Positions 19,062 to 28,700 of a stretch of DNA of 64,000 nt are shown here, in pieces. Positions within the stretch are counted from its first letter, which is position 1. Each line of letters opens with the position of its first letter. Both the position numbers and the translations under genes were made by a program. A model generated the notes under the pieces. It saw nothing but the letters and a program-made list of their open reading frames with translations, made no database searches and was not told the origin of the DNA. The stretch is from the NCBI GenBank assembly GCA_041483195.1, contig JBGPFC010000017.1:20310-84309 (forward strand), read 5' to 3'. Source of the stretch: Candidatus Eiseniibacteriota bacterium. Its GTDB lineage: Bacteria; Eisenbacteria; RBG-16-71-46.

Positions 19062-21167
19062 CTAGTGCTCGAAGTGGAACGGCCTGCCGGCGCGATAGCG
19101 CGCGAGCTGCTGCCCGAATCGCGCGGCTTCCTCCGCGCGGCCGTCGGCCTTCGCGATCCGAATCGCGCGTTCGCAGGTCGTGACCGCCTCCGGGAAGCGC
19201 CCCGCCTCGGCGTAAGCTGCTGCGAGCGTGCTGAAGATCACCGCCACCGGCTCGGGACTCCTGTCGCGCGCGCGCTCGGCCATGCGGACCGCGACGGCGG
19301 CGTCGCGATGCATCGCTTCCGCGTGCGTCGCGCGAATCCACGCCACGTTGTTGAGCGCATCGAGGTCGTCGGGGTTCGAATTCAAGATCTCGCCGTACTC
19401 GACGATCGCGTGTTCGACGCGGCCGCTGCGGGTGAGCGTGACCGCCAGCGCCCGGTGAGCCTCCGCGTCTCCGGTCATGAGCGCCACCGCGTGCCGCAGC
19501 AGGCGCTCGGATTCGGCGAGCTCGCCGCGCGCCCCGATGGCCGCTCCGAGATTGAGCACCGACGAATAGAAATCGGGGTCGAGCCGGAGCGCTTCGCGGT
19601 ACTCGCGGATCGCATCGTCCATGCGGCTCTCGTGCGCGTATGCGAATCCCAGATTGTGGTGCGCCTGCGCCGTGGGTGCGAGCCGGATGGCCTCGCGAAG
19701 CTGCTCGATCGCCTCGTCGTAGCGGCCCAGCGCGCCGAGCACCCCGCCGAGGGTGTTGTGGACCTCCGCGAAATCGGGGGCGATGCGCAGCGCGGACTCG
19801 TAGTGAGGAACAGCGAGTTCCAATCGGCCCTCGCGGACGAGATCATCCCCCAGGTACTGGTGCGCGATGGGGTTCAAGGGGGTCACCGCGAGTGCGTGCG
19901 CGAACAGCGTGCGCGTATCCTTCCACACCGCAACCTGCCGCGCGGTCGTCGCGGCGAGCGCGGCCAGCACGACGATCGAGGCGCTCGCCGCCGCGATCCG
20001 GCCGGCACGCGAGCGCGCGACCAGATCGCCCACGCCCCACACCGCGGCGATGAGCAGGCCGATGGTGGGAAGGTAGGTGTAGCGATCCGCGTAAGCCTGC
20101 CCCCCCACCTGGATCAGCCCGATCACCGGAAGCGCCATCCCCAGGTACCAGAACCAACCCACCGCGAGATACGGGCGCGACTTTCGCCATCTCAGTGCCG
20201 CCCAGGTGACGAGCGCAAGTCCAAGCGCCGACGCGATGGCGCCGCCGAAATCGGCCGTCCGCGCGTTGGGGTAGAACACCGACAGATCGACCGGCCAGAT
20301 CGATTTTCCGACGTACCGCCAGTACGAGATCAGCGCGTTGCAGATGCGCCGCTCGATCGACATGTATCCGGTCGATGCGACCGCGCCCGAATTGCGCTGG
20401 ACGATGAAGGTCACGACCGAAGCGGCCACGGCGAGCGCGATCATCGGCCATTTCTCGGCGAGCAACCCCGCGAGCGGGCGGATCCTGGCGCGCCCACCGG
20501 AGGGCCGGCCCGGCGCACGGCTGTCGCCTGACAACCGCCCCAGTGGCCAGACGTCGAGCAGCACGAGCACGAACGGCAGCGTCACCAGCATGGGCTTCGA
20601 CATGAGGCCGAGCGCGAAGGCCGCGATCAGCAGCGCGTAGCGGCCGGCGCCCGGCCGCTCCACCCAGCGCCGGTAGGCTTCGATCGCGAGCAGGAAGAAG
20701 AGCGCGCTGGCCACATCCTTCCGCTCCGAGATCCACGCCACGGACTCGACGCGCAGCGGATGTATCGAGAAAAAGGCTGAGACCATCACGCTGCGCCACC
20801 ACGCCCCCGTCAACCGGAACAGGACACCGACGAGCAGCAGCGCGTTCAGCACATGAAACACGAGGCTCATGGCGTGGTGGCCCGCCGGATTCAACCCGAA
20901 CAACTGCACGTCGAGCATGTGCAGGATGGAGGTGAGCGGGTGCCAGTTGCCACTGTGGGGCTCGTGCAGGAACCAGCGCACGCCATCGAGAGTCAGACCC
21001 CGGATGACGTGCGGGTTCTCGTAGACGTAGCGGGGATCGTCGAACTGCACCCAGTCGTTCTGCACCACGCCGGCAAACGCGGCCACGATCGCCGCGCCGA
21101 GCAGCGCGAGCAGCAGCGGCCTCGAGGCGCGACGCCGAAGCGGGCCCGCTGAAGTCTCACCACTCAC
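19062..21167 (-). CDS. TMTC-like GT-C membrane glycosyltransferase with C-terminal TPRs
   Basis: FDDPRYV, WHPLT, HPLRVESVAWISERKD, ADRYTYLP, WKD then TPR repeats. Confidence 0.85.
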   Translation of the reverse strand: MSGETSAGPLRRRASRPLLLALLGAAIVAAFAGVVQNDWVQFDDPRYVYENPHVIRGLTLDGVRWFLHEPHSGNWHPLTSILHMLDVQLFGLNPAGHHAMSLVFHVLNALLLVGVLFRLTGAWWRSVMVSAFFSIHPLRVESVAWISERKDVASALFFLLAIEAYRRWVERPGAGRYALLIAAFALGLMSKPMLVTLPFVLVLLDVWPLGRLSGDSRAPGRPSGGRARIRPLAGLLAEKWPMIALAVAASVVTFIVQRNSGAVASTGYMSIERRICNALISYWRYVGKSIWPVDLSVFYPNARTADFGGAIASALGLALVTWAALRWRKSRPYLAVGWFWYLGMALPVIGLIQVGGQAYADRYTYLPTIGLLIAAVWGVGDLVARSRAGRIAAASASIVVLAALAATTARQVAVWKDTRTLFAHALAVTPLNPIAHQYLGDDLVREGRLELAVPHYESALRIAPDFAEVHNTLGGVLGALGRYDEAIEQLREAIRLAPTAQAHHNLGFAYAHESRMDDAIREYREALRLDPDFYSSVLNLGAAIGARGELAESERLLRHAVALMTGDAEAHRALAVTLTRSGRVEHAIVEYGEILNSNPDDLDALNNVAWIRATHAEAMHRDAAVAVRMAERARDRSPEPVAVIFSTLAAAYAEAGRFPEAVTTCERAIRIAKADGRAEEAARFGQQLARYRAGRPFHFEH

Positions 21168-21199
21168 CGTCTTGCTCGACGTGCTCCGCTCCTAACGAA

Positions 21200-21228
21200 G
21201 CGGCCACCCTCGACTCGAGGGTGGCCGC
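21200..21228 (-). terminator. Terminator-like hairpin after the LTD gene
   Basis: Perfect 14-bp IR GCGGCCACCCTCGA-C-TCGAGGGTGGCCGC, followed by TTCGTT on the minus strand. Confidence 0.7.
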
Positions 21229-21261
21229 CGTGATGCCGTGTTGGGCACGGCAATGTTCGAA

Positions 21262-21960
21262 CTAGCGGTACAGCACCTTCAGTGTTCCCCACGTCGTCGA
21301 ATGCGCCGGGGTCGCGAGACAGGCCGTGCTCGCGGGACTCGCCGAGTTGCGGAACGGCGTAGAGGCGGTGGCCGCCACGGAGAAGTCCGTGCTGTTGTTG
21401 TCCGTGTCCGTGATGCCGGCACCATTGCGAACGAGGCTCTGCGCGTTGGTCAGCACCGACGCCGGGGCGGTCTCGAAACAGTTGGCCGTGGGGCCGTAGC
21501 CAACGATGTCGATGAAAACCGGCGGGTTGCTGCACAGGTTGTTCAGGTTGGTGTTGTTGACCAGCGCGATCTTGCCCGTCGTCGCCGACATGCTGATGTT
21601 AAGGGTGGTGTAGTCTGGCACCACAGGCTGCGGCGCACCGTTCGTGCCGAGCGCGCCGAGCTCGATGAGCATGTAGTGGCATGGGCCGATGGAGGCGCCG
21701 GCCGGGAAGACGAACATGTTGCCCGCCACACTGCCGAAGCTGGTACCGGTCGCCGAGCCATACGCGAGCGCCCAGCCGAACAGGCTCACGGCCGAGCCGC
21801 TATCGTTGAACAATTCGACGTAGTCCTTGTTGTAGGTGCCGGTGCTGCCGCCGCCGCCGCCGTACACCTGGCTGATGCGGACAGCGCTCGACGCGAACGC
21901 CGCTGACGCCATCGCGAGACAGAGCGCGGTGGCAAGAAGACTGGTAGCGACCTTTTTCAT
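21262..21960 (-). CDS. Secreted lamin-tail-domain (LTD) protein with C-terminal TWGTLKVLYR tag
   Basis: Signal peptide ...AAFA; VRISQVYGGGG, DYVELFN, DTDNNSTDF. Confidence 0.85.
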   Translation of the reverse strand: MKKVATSLLATALCLAMASAAFASSAVRISQVYGGGGGSTGTYNKDYVELFNDSGSAVSLFGWALAYGSATGTSFGSVAGNMFVFPAGASIGPCHYMLIELGALGTNGAPQPVVPDYTTLNISMSATTGKIALVNNTNLNNLCSNPPVFIDIVGYGPTANCFETAPASVLTNAQSLVRNGAGITDTDNNSTDFSVAATASTPFRNSASPASTACLATPAHSTTWGTLKVLYR

Positions 21961-22300
21961 CGGGGTCCCCTCTCGGTTGTGGAAACTGTGGTGCGTGGAT
22001 TGCCGAGCGTCGCGCGCGATCACTTCGCGCTGGCTTGTCTCCGCAAGACCCCGATGCGGCCCTTCCCCGGAATCGTCCCGGCGCGCCTCACGGGGGCGCC
22101 GGCTGAAGGGGTGGGGGGGGACCGGATGCGCGACGAACTTGCCTTGGCACCTTCAAAGCCACAATGACGATAGCGAGTTTCGGGCTCGGTCGGCAAGCGA
22201 AAACGCGGGAGGGATGGGGAGATCGCGGCCGCGCGCGCTCAGCCCGAACTCCGGAACCCGTGGGCGGGCACCGGGTTGAATACCCGGGGCGATCTTTCGT

Positions 22301-23122
22301 TCAGTGGCTTGAAACTCCACGCGAGACTTCTGACCCGGCCGGAGCCCCCGGCCCCCGCCCGCGGCGTCGCGCGCGGAGGAAAGTGAGCCCCACGTTCGCG
22401 AGGAGAAAGAGGGCGAAGCCCCTCCTGAGCACGTCGCCCGGCGCCTTCTGCACCAGCGCCGAAGCCCCGGCCGCGCCCGCGGCCGCACCCAGCGCCAGCC
22501 ATCCGACGATGCGCCTCAGCATGTTTCCGTGCCGCGCGTGCTCGATCGCACCCACCGGCGCGGTCACCAGGATGACGGCGAGCGATGTGCCCTGGGCGAT
22601 CTGTTGTGGCATGCCGAGCAGGAGCGTGAAGGCAGGCACCGCGATGATGCCGCCGCCCACGCCCATGTAGCCCGCGAGCACGCCGACCGCGACGCCGAGC
22701 GCCAGGTCCAACGCGACGGCGGCGAGCCCGTGGGGAAGCGCGACGAGCGGAGCGGTGGGGAGCTTGAGCATCAGGCGCACCGCCACCAGCAGCAGGAATA
22801 TCGCGAACCCGAGCGTGAGATTGCGCGAGGACGTGCGGGTGGCGAGGCGCGCGCCGAGGCGCGCCGCGAAGACGCTCGATGCCCCGACGATGATCGCGGT
22901 CAGCCAGTCGACGTTCGAGTGCGATCCGTAAATGACGAGCGATGCCAGCGCGGTGGCGCCCACCACCGCGAGCGAGGTGCCGTGCGCCTCGTGCTGGGTC
23001 GCATGGAACCAGGCGGTCAGCATCGGGACCAGCAGGATTCCCCCGCCCACGCCGAACAGGCCACCGGCGATTCCCGCGACCAGCCCGGCAGTCAGCGCGC
23101 GCGCGCGATCGCCGGCGGTCAT
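22301..23122 (-). CDS. TauE/SafE family membrane transporter (two repeats)
   Basis: GLFGVGGGILLVP...AHGTSL and GYMGVGGGIIAVP...AQGTSL. Confidence 0.9.
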   Translation of the reverse strand: MTAGDRARALTAGLVAGIAGGLFGVGGGILLVPMLTAWFHATQHEAHGTSLAVVGATALASLVIYGSHSNVDWLTAIIVGASSVFAARLGARLATRTSSRNLTLGFAIFLLLVAVRLMLKLPTAPLVALPHGLAAVALDLALGVAVGVLAGYMGVGGGIIAVPAFTLLLGMPQQIAQGTSLAVILVTAPVGAIEHARHGNMLRRIVGWLALGAAAGAAGASALVQKAPGDVLRRGFALFLLANVGLTFLRARRRGRGPGAPAGSEVSRGVSSH

Positions 23123-23129
23123 CGCGCCG

Positions 23130-24044
23130 TCAGGGCTGGGGCGTCGCGATGCTGGCCGCGAGCGTGCGCTGGACGAGACGCGTCACGTCCGCGAAACGAG
23201 TCGCGTTGGTCGGGGCCCCGAGCACGACCGCGATCATGTCGCGGCCTTCGGTGTGCACCCAGGTGGCCAGACAGTAGCCGGCCTCGCTGATGAAGCCGGT
23301 CTTGCCGCCCATGATCTCGTAACGGCCGTACAGCATGCGATTCGTGTTCGCGATCTGATGCGGCCGCGTCGCGCTGCGAAACGCGTAGGACCGCGTGGTG
23401 CTGATCGGCTGGATCACCGGGTTGTTCGCGGCCACGCGGAGCAGGCGTGCCACGTCGGCGGCGGTCGAGACGTTGCGTTCGTCGAGACCCGTGAACTCGA
23501 CGTAGCGGGTATGCGTGAGCCCGAGCTCGAGCGCCTTCTGATTCATGCGCGCCAGGTAATTCTCGGGCGAGAGCCCCGATTCTCGGGCGAGCACCCGGGT
23601 GGCCACGTTGTCGGAACACATGAGGCTCATGTGCAGCAGGTCGCCGAGCGCGACCCGCTCGCGATTGCGCAGCTGGGAGTGGCCCGCCCCGTAGAGCTCC
23701 GTGCGCGTGACCTCGGCCATCCGATCGAGCTCGGGGCTCTGCTCGAGGAACACGAGCGCGGTCATGAGCTTCGTGAGGCTCGCGATCGGCACCGAGAGGC
23801 CCGAGTTCTTTTCGTACAGAACTTCGTCGGTCGCGGGGTCGAGCACGATCGCGTTGCGGGCGTAGCATCCGCCGGGAGGTGCGCGCCGCGCCCGCCGGCC
23901 CAGGTGACGGCGGTGTCCCGCCTGGCCAACCGAAGCCGTGTAGGTCTGAGTCGTCGAGACGGAAGCGGCGGCCGTCATGGCCGGGCACGCGATCAGGGCC
24001 AACAACAGCGCGGCCCCGACGCGTCGTACGGGGTGAAGCGACAT
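23130..24044 (-). CDS. D-alanyl-D-alanine endo/carboxypeptidase (S11, PBP7-like)
   Basis: SxxK ASLTK, SDN, KTG (GGKTGF); signal peptide. Confidence 0.92.
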   Translation of the reverse strand: MSLHPVRRVGAALLLALIACPAMTAAASVSTTQTYTASVGQAGHRRHLGRRARRAPPGGCYARNAIVLDPATDEVLYEKNSGLSVPIASLTKLMTALVFLEQSPELDRMAEVTRTELYGAGHSQLRNRERVALGDLLHMSLMCSDNVATRVLARESGLSPENYLARMNQKALELGLTHTRYVEFTGLDERNVSTAADVARLLRVAANNPVIQPISTTRSYAFRSATRPHQIANTNRMLYGRYEIMGGKTGFISEAGYCLATWVHTEGRDMIAVVLGAPTNATRFADVTRLVQRTLAASIATPQP

Positions 24045-24096
24045 GATCCCTCCAGAGCGCCCTCGTCGCGAGGGCTCGGGGCCGGTACCCTCCATG

Positions 24097-24125
24097 GTAT
24101 CGGTATCTGCGAGGAAATCACTTTA
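24097..24125 (-). promoter_or_regulatory. sigma28-like promoter candidate (TAAAG-N16-ACCGATAC)
   Basis: About 50 nt upstream of the S11 peptidase start. Confidence 0.45.
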
Positions 24126-24187
24126 GCGGCGTCTGCCGCGAGCCGTCAACGAAAACCCTGCCCACCCGCGGCTGGGTGGGATGCCCC

Positions 24188-24574
24188 TCAGTGGATCAGG
24201 GTGGAACGCAGGTGCGGATAGACGGGCTGGCGGACCGCGCCGCGCTGCCAGTCCCCGAGGCGGCAGAAGCCATCGACGCTCAGGTCCTCGACTTCTTCGG
24301 AGAACGCGTCGAGCCTTCCCTCGTGCAACGCCACCACCATGGTCTCGCCGCGAGCACGATTGAGGATCCTCACGATCTCGGGATTGAGGCAGGGCCCATA
24401 CACCAGGTCGACGAGCACGAGGCCCGGCAGCGAGCGCAGCAGGCGCAATGCCTCGCGAGGTCTTGCAGCGATCCGCACGCTGGTCCCGCGACCGCGGAGC
24501 GCGTTCATGTGTGCGGCATGCAGGCTGGGTGCTGCGCTGAGCAGCAGAACTTCACATGATCGAGGGGGGTTCAT
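24188..24574 (-). CDS. Atypical single-domain receiver (REC)-like protein
   Basis: EVLLLS..., EALRLL, PGLVLVDL, MVVAL, VDGF pattern; ATGA overlap with the upstream gene. Confidence 0.6.
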   Translation of the reverse strand: MNPPRSCEVLLLSAAPSLHAAHMNALRGRGTSVRIAARPREALRLLRSLPGLVLVDLVYGPCLNPEIVRILNRARGETMVVALHEGRLDAFSEEVEDLSVDGFCRLGDWQRGAVRQPVYPHLRSTLIH

Positions 24575-25119
24575 GAGAGAGATCCTCGTGGGCTGGGATC
24601 CAGGCCGAGGTCGACCCGGATCTTGTCCAGGCTGTCGTACAGGGATGGAAGGAATCGCCCCGCCGAAACCTCCGTGTCGAGGTCGAGGTTGCTTCCCACC
24701 GCGAGCCGACCCGCCCATGCCGAAGCCTCGTCGGCATCCCCAGCTGGGGCGAGCCGTCTCAGAAAACGGAGCAGCAGGCGCTGTGAATCCAGCGACAGCC
24801 GCTCCACGAAATCGATCAGCAACGTGCCGCCGTCCGTCGCACGCAGCAGGCTCCGGCCGGGCTCGGGGTCCGCGTTCGACAGCCAGCCCCGGAGCCCGGC
24901 CTGCACCGAAGCTTCGTCATGATCCGCGCGTACCGCGACGAACGCTCCGTAGCGCACCGGGCTCTCGCGATGGAATGCGATCGCGACCTCGGCCCGCTCG
25001 GAAGGCGTTCCCCGCAGCAACAGCAGGTGAATGAGGCTATGCCGGTGCATGCGGATGAGCTCGGCGGCCCGCGGCGCCGCCCTTCCGGGGAACAGATTCT
25101 GTTCGAGTGCGCGAGGCAT
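24571..25119 (-). CDS. Degenerate stand-alone sigma54-activator AAA+ domain
   Basis: LLLRGTPSERAEVAIAFH, AFVAV, DGGTLLIDFVERLSLDSQRLLLRFL, RLAVGSNLDL, GRFLPSLYDSL follow the bEBP motif order with catalytic residues lost. Confidence 0.75.
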   Translation of the reverse strand: MPRALEQNLFPGRAAPRAAELIRMHRHSLIHLLLLRGTPSERAEVAIAFHRESPVRYGAFVAVRADHDEASVQAGLRGWLSNADPEPGRSLLRATDGGTLLIDFVERLSLDSQRLLLRFLRRLAPAGDADEASAWAGRLAVGSNLDLDTEVSAGRFLPSLYDSLDKIRVDLGLDPSPRGSLS

Positions 25120-25125
25120 CGCCCG

Positions 25126-25437
25126 TCAGATCTTCGGTCGCCGCGCAGTCGCGGTGCTGACCGGGGTCGTGGCCCGGATCACGCGCGCCGCGGACTGACG
25201 GGGAGCGAAGCGGGCGCGCAGGTAGTCGCGGATCAGCGCGGCCTGGTATTCGAGCAGGGCGGTCGGCGCGAGCGTCGGGGTTGCCGCACCCTCCGAAGCG
25301 CCGCTCATGAGGGCGCTCGTGCCTCCGGTCGGGACGACGCCCGATCCCTGAGCGCTGGCGGGTCCGGCGAGAAGGCTGAGAGCGCAGGAAAGAATCGCGG
25401 CCAGGGCGATCGCAGCCAGCAAACGGGCGGCACGCAT
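25126..25437 (-). CDS. Small secreted hypothetical protein (103 aa)
   Basis: AGGAGG RBS; signal peptide ending ASA|Q. Confidence 0.7.
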   Translation of the reverse strand: MRAARLLAAIALAAILSCALSLLAGPASAQGSGVVPTGGTSALMSGASEGAATPTLAPTALLEYQAALIRDYLRARFAPRQSAARVIRATTPVSTATARRPKI

Positions 25438-25491
25438 GAAACGCCTCCTTCGAAACAGTGGTGAAACGCGGGGGGACCGCGACGCCACTTG

Positions 25492-25507
25492 GCGAGGACC
25501 GTGCCAG
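25492..25507 (-). promoter_or_regulatory. sigma54 -24/-12 promoter
   Basis: CTGGCACGGTCCTCGC, 55 nt upstream of the 25437 start. Confidence 0.7.
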
Positions 25508-25607
25508 CTGCCGTCCATCGATGATCCGTGCTCGCATCGTGCTTCCCGACAGAGACTTAGTGCGCTTCCGATCGGAAGAAGTAGCACGTCGTCGCATGGA
25601 GTCAAAT

Positions 25608-25713
25608 TCGCCGAAACCAGCGAAATGACGACATCGCCATTTATATAATCTGTTGTCTGTATTTTAGTTCAAGTTAATTTCAGCGATTTCGGCGAGTCCG
25701 CCGTTTATGGCGA
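25608..25713. promoter_or_regulatory. Candidate enhancer: repeated 16-bp boxes ending GCGA around an AT-rich IHF-like tract
   Basis: TCGC-N8-GCGA (25608), TCAG-N8-GCGA (25680), CCGC-N8-GCGA (25698); AT-rich tract 25639-25680 with CAACAGATTA on the minus strand. Confidence 0.45.
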
Positions 25714-28700
25714 GTCGAATCGAGGGTGTACTTGCGGATGCGGTAACGAAGAGACTGCTCCGTGAGCCCCAGATGGCGGGCGGCGAGGCTCTGGTTGCCC
25801 GATGCGAGTTCGAGCGCTTCCGCGATCGCGCGGCGCTCGAGCTTCTCGACCAGCTCCTTGAGGGTGCCGCCGCGCGGGATCTGGTCCGGGCGTTCTTCGA
25901 GGTCGCGCGGCGGAGGCGTGGGATGCAGCGCATCGCCGGGCGTCATGGCCAGCACGCGCTCGATGTAGTTCTGCAGCTCGCGCACGTTCCCCGGCCAATC
26001 GCTCTGCATCAGAGCCGGGACGAATTCCCGGGTGAGCCGCGGCACGGGACGTTCCTGCTGGCCGGCGTAGATCCGAACGAAATGCGCCGCGAGCGCCGGG
26101 ATGTCCGCCTTGCGCTCGCGGAGCGGAGGCACCTCGATCGGGATGACGTTCAGGCGGTAGAAGAGATCCTCGCGAAACGTGCCCCGCTCCACCGACTGGC
26201 GCAGGTCGCGATTCGACGCCGCGATGATGCGCACGTCCACCGGGATGGGTTTTCCTCCACCCACCGGGGTGATCTCGCGATTGGCGATCGCCGAGAGCAG
26301 GGCGACCTGCTGCTTGAGCGGCATCTCGCCGACTTCGTCCAGGAAGAGCGTGCCCCCGTCCGCCTGGACGAATCGCCCGTCGCGCCCGCCCACCTCGGTC
26401 GCGATGCGCGACAGGATTCCGAACAACTCGCTCTCGAGCAGCGTCTCGGGAATCGCCCCGCAGTTGACCGCGACGAACGGCTTGAGCCGCCGCTTGCCGC
26501 TGTGGTGCAGGACGCGGGCGATGAGCTCCTTGCCCGTGCCGTTCTCGCCGGTGAGCAGCACCGTGGCATTGACCCGCGCGGCGCGATCGACCACGGCGAG
26601 CACGCGTTGCATGGCGGAGCTCGTCCCGATCAGATTTTCCGCACGGAAGCGCGAGCTCACCTCGCGGCGCAACGAGAGGTTTTCTCCGACCAGCTGCTCG
26701 TTCACGCGCAGCACTTCCTGGTGGCCGCGGCTGTTCTCGATGGCGACGGCCATGAGCTGGGCGAAGCCTTCGAGCAGGGCGCGGTCCGCGTCGCTGAAGA
26801 CGTCGGGGCGGCGCGAGTCGTCGAGATAGACCGCCCCCACCACGCGTCCGCCGAGGTAGAGGGGGACGCAGAGGATGGACCGGAGACGCATGTCCATCAC
26901 GCTCTCCGAGCGGGCCTGCGGATCGGTCGGCGCGTCGGCGATCAGCAGGCTGCCCCCGCTCTCGGCCACGCGCTGCACGACCCTCCGGCTGTACCCGACC
27001 GCCGCGTTTCGGGTCTTCGCGTCCACCGCGCCGAAATCGGCCACCGGGGTGAGCTGCCCGGTCTCGGGGTCGGCCAGCAACAGCACGCCACGCTCGGCGT
27101 CGAGCTGTTCGACGGCGAGCCTCATCGCGCGCCGCGTGAGCTCCCCGAAGTCGGACATCGAATTGAGCAGCCGGCTCACCGCCTCGATCAGGTCGCGCTC
27201 GCGTCCCGCCGACGGGACGCCCGCGGCGCCCCGGCGGAGCCATTCCACGGTGAGCGCGAGGGTGGCGGCTCGACCGCGCGAATCGCCGAGCCGCTCGAAC
27301 GCGCCGGCCGCCACATCGAGCCAGCGCCCGACCGCGATGGTCGCCTCGCGGTCGGCCGCGAGCGCGAGCCGCGAGAAATCGAGCGCGGCGTGCGCGCGAT
27401 CGGCCGGCGCGGGAAGGGCACCCAGCCGATCGAGCACGGCCCTGGCGCCCTCTTCGTTCTCCGAATTCCGCGCTCGCGCGAGCGCGAGCTCGGACCGCAG
27501 CTGGTCCACGGTCGCTGCGGCATATGGTGCGTCGTGTCCGGCGAGCCAGGATCGCGACTCCTCGACCCGCGCCTTCGCGAGGTCGATCGCGCCGGCGCGG
27601 AGCGCGGCACGGCCCGCGAGGGCCAGCAGGACCGTGCGTCCCACCGATCCGGAGGGCCGCGGGCTCGCGAGCGCGCCGTCCCAGAGTTCGCCAGCTTCCT
27701 TCCAGCGGCCGGCGGCGATCAGCGATCGGCCCAGCTCGATACGGCACCAATCGATCTCGTCGGGCCTCGACAGCTTCATGCCCAGCGCGAGCGCGCGCTG
27801 CGCGATGCGGGCCGCTCGCGAATAGCGGCCCGCGATCCGATGCGCCTGGGCCAGCGAGCGCATGGCGAACGGCGTCTGCTGCGGCAGGTAGACCCGGCAC
27901 ATGCGCACCGCGGCCCGCGCCTGCGCGAGCGCGCCGGCTCGATCGCCCGTGAGCCCGTCGGCCTGCGCGAGATTCGCGATCGCGATCGCGGCGCCGTGCG
28001 GGCGTCCGTCCTCCAGCGCGAGCCGCGCCGCTTCCGCGACGGAGCGGCGCGCGTCCGGCCAGCGGCCGGCCTCGATCAGGATGACCGACCAGTTGAGCAG
28101 CAGCTCCTCGAGCGGCAGCCGCAACCCGTGCGCGCGCGCGCGCGCGATGGCATCGAGATAGAGACGCTCGGCCTCGGCGGCGCCCTGACGGGATTGCGCG
28201 ATGACCGCGCACAATCCCGTGGCCCGCAGCTCTCCCGGGAGATCGCCCGCGCGCGCGAACGCCTCAACGGCCCGAGCGGCCGTCGCCGCAGCTTCCTCGG
28301 CGAGGGTATCTTCCGCACGCCCGCTGATCATCGCGCCGGCGAGCGTCTGCGCCGCGACCCCGATCGCCAGCTCGTCGGTCGCGGACTCGCCGAGGGCCAG
28401 CGCATTCCGCGCCAGCTCGAGCGCGCCGGGCCGGTCGCCATCGAACAAGAGCCGCGCGGCCTCGTTGCTGAGAATGCGCGAGCGCGAAGCTTCGGGGAGG
28501 GACGCCGCGAGCGCCGTGGCGGCGACCCGCGCGGCGTCCGCGAGCTTCCCCGCGCGCAGGCATGCGGTCGACAGCTGCACCCAGCGCGCGGGGCGGTGAT
28601 CGGGCGCGGCATCCAGCGACAGGGCGCGCTCGATGTGCGGAATCGCCGAACCGTAGCGGCCGCGCGCCGCCCACTCGCGCGCGGCCCGCTCGTGCCACGT

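Noticed and set aside
22146..22160. TGGCAC-containing GG-N10-GC motif on the + strand
   Set aside because: Points away from the LTD gene and into the 3' end of a convergent gene.
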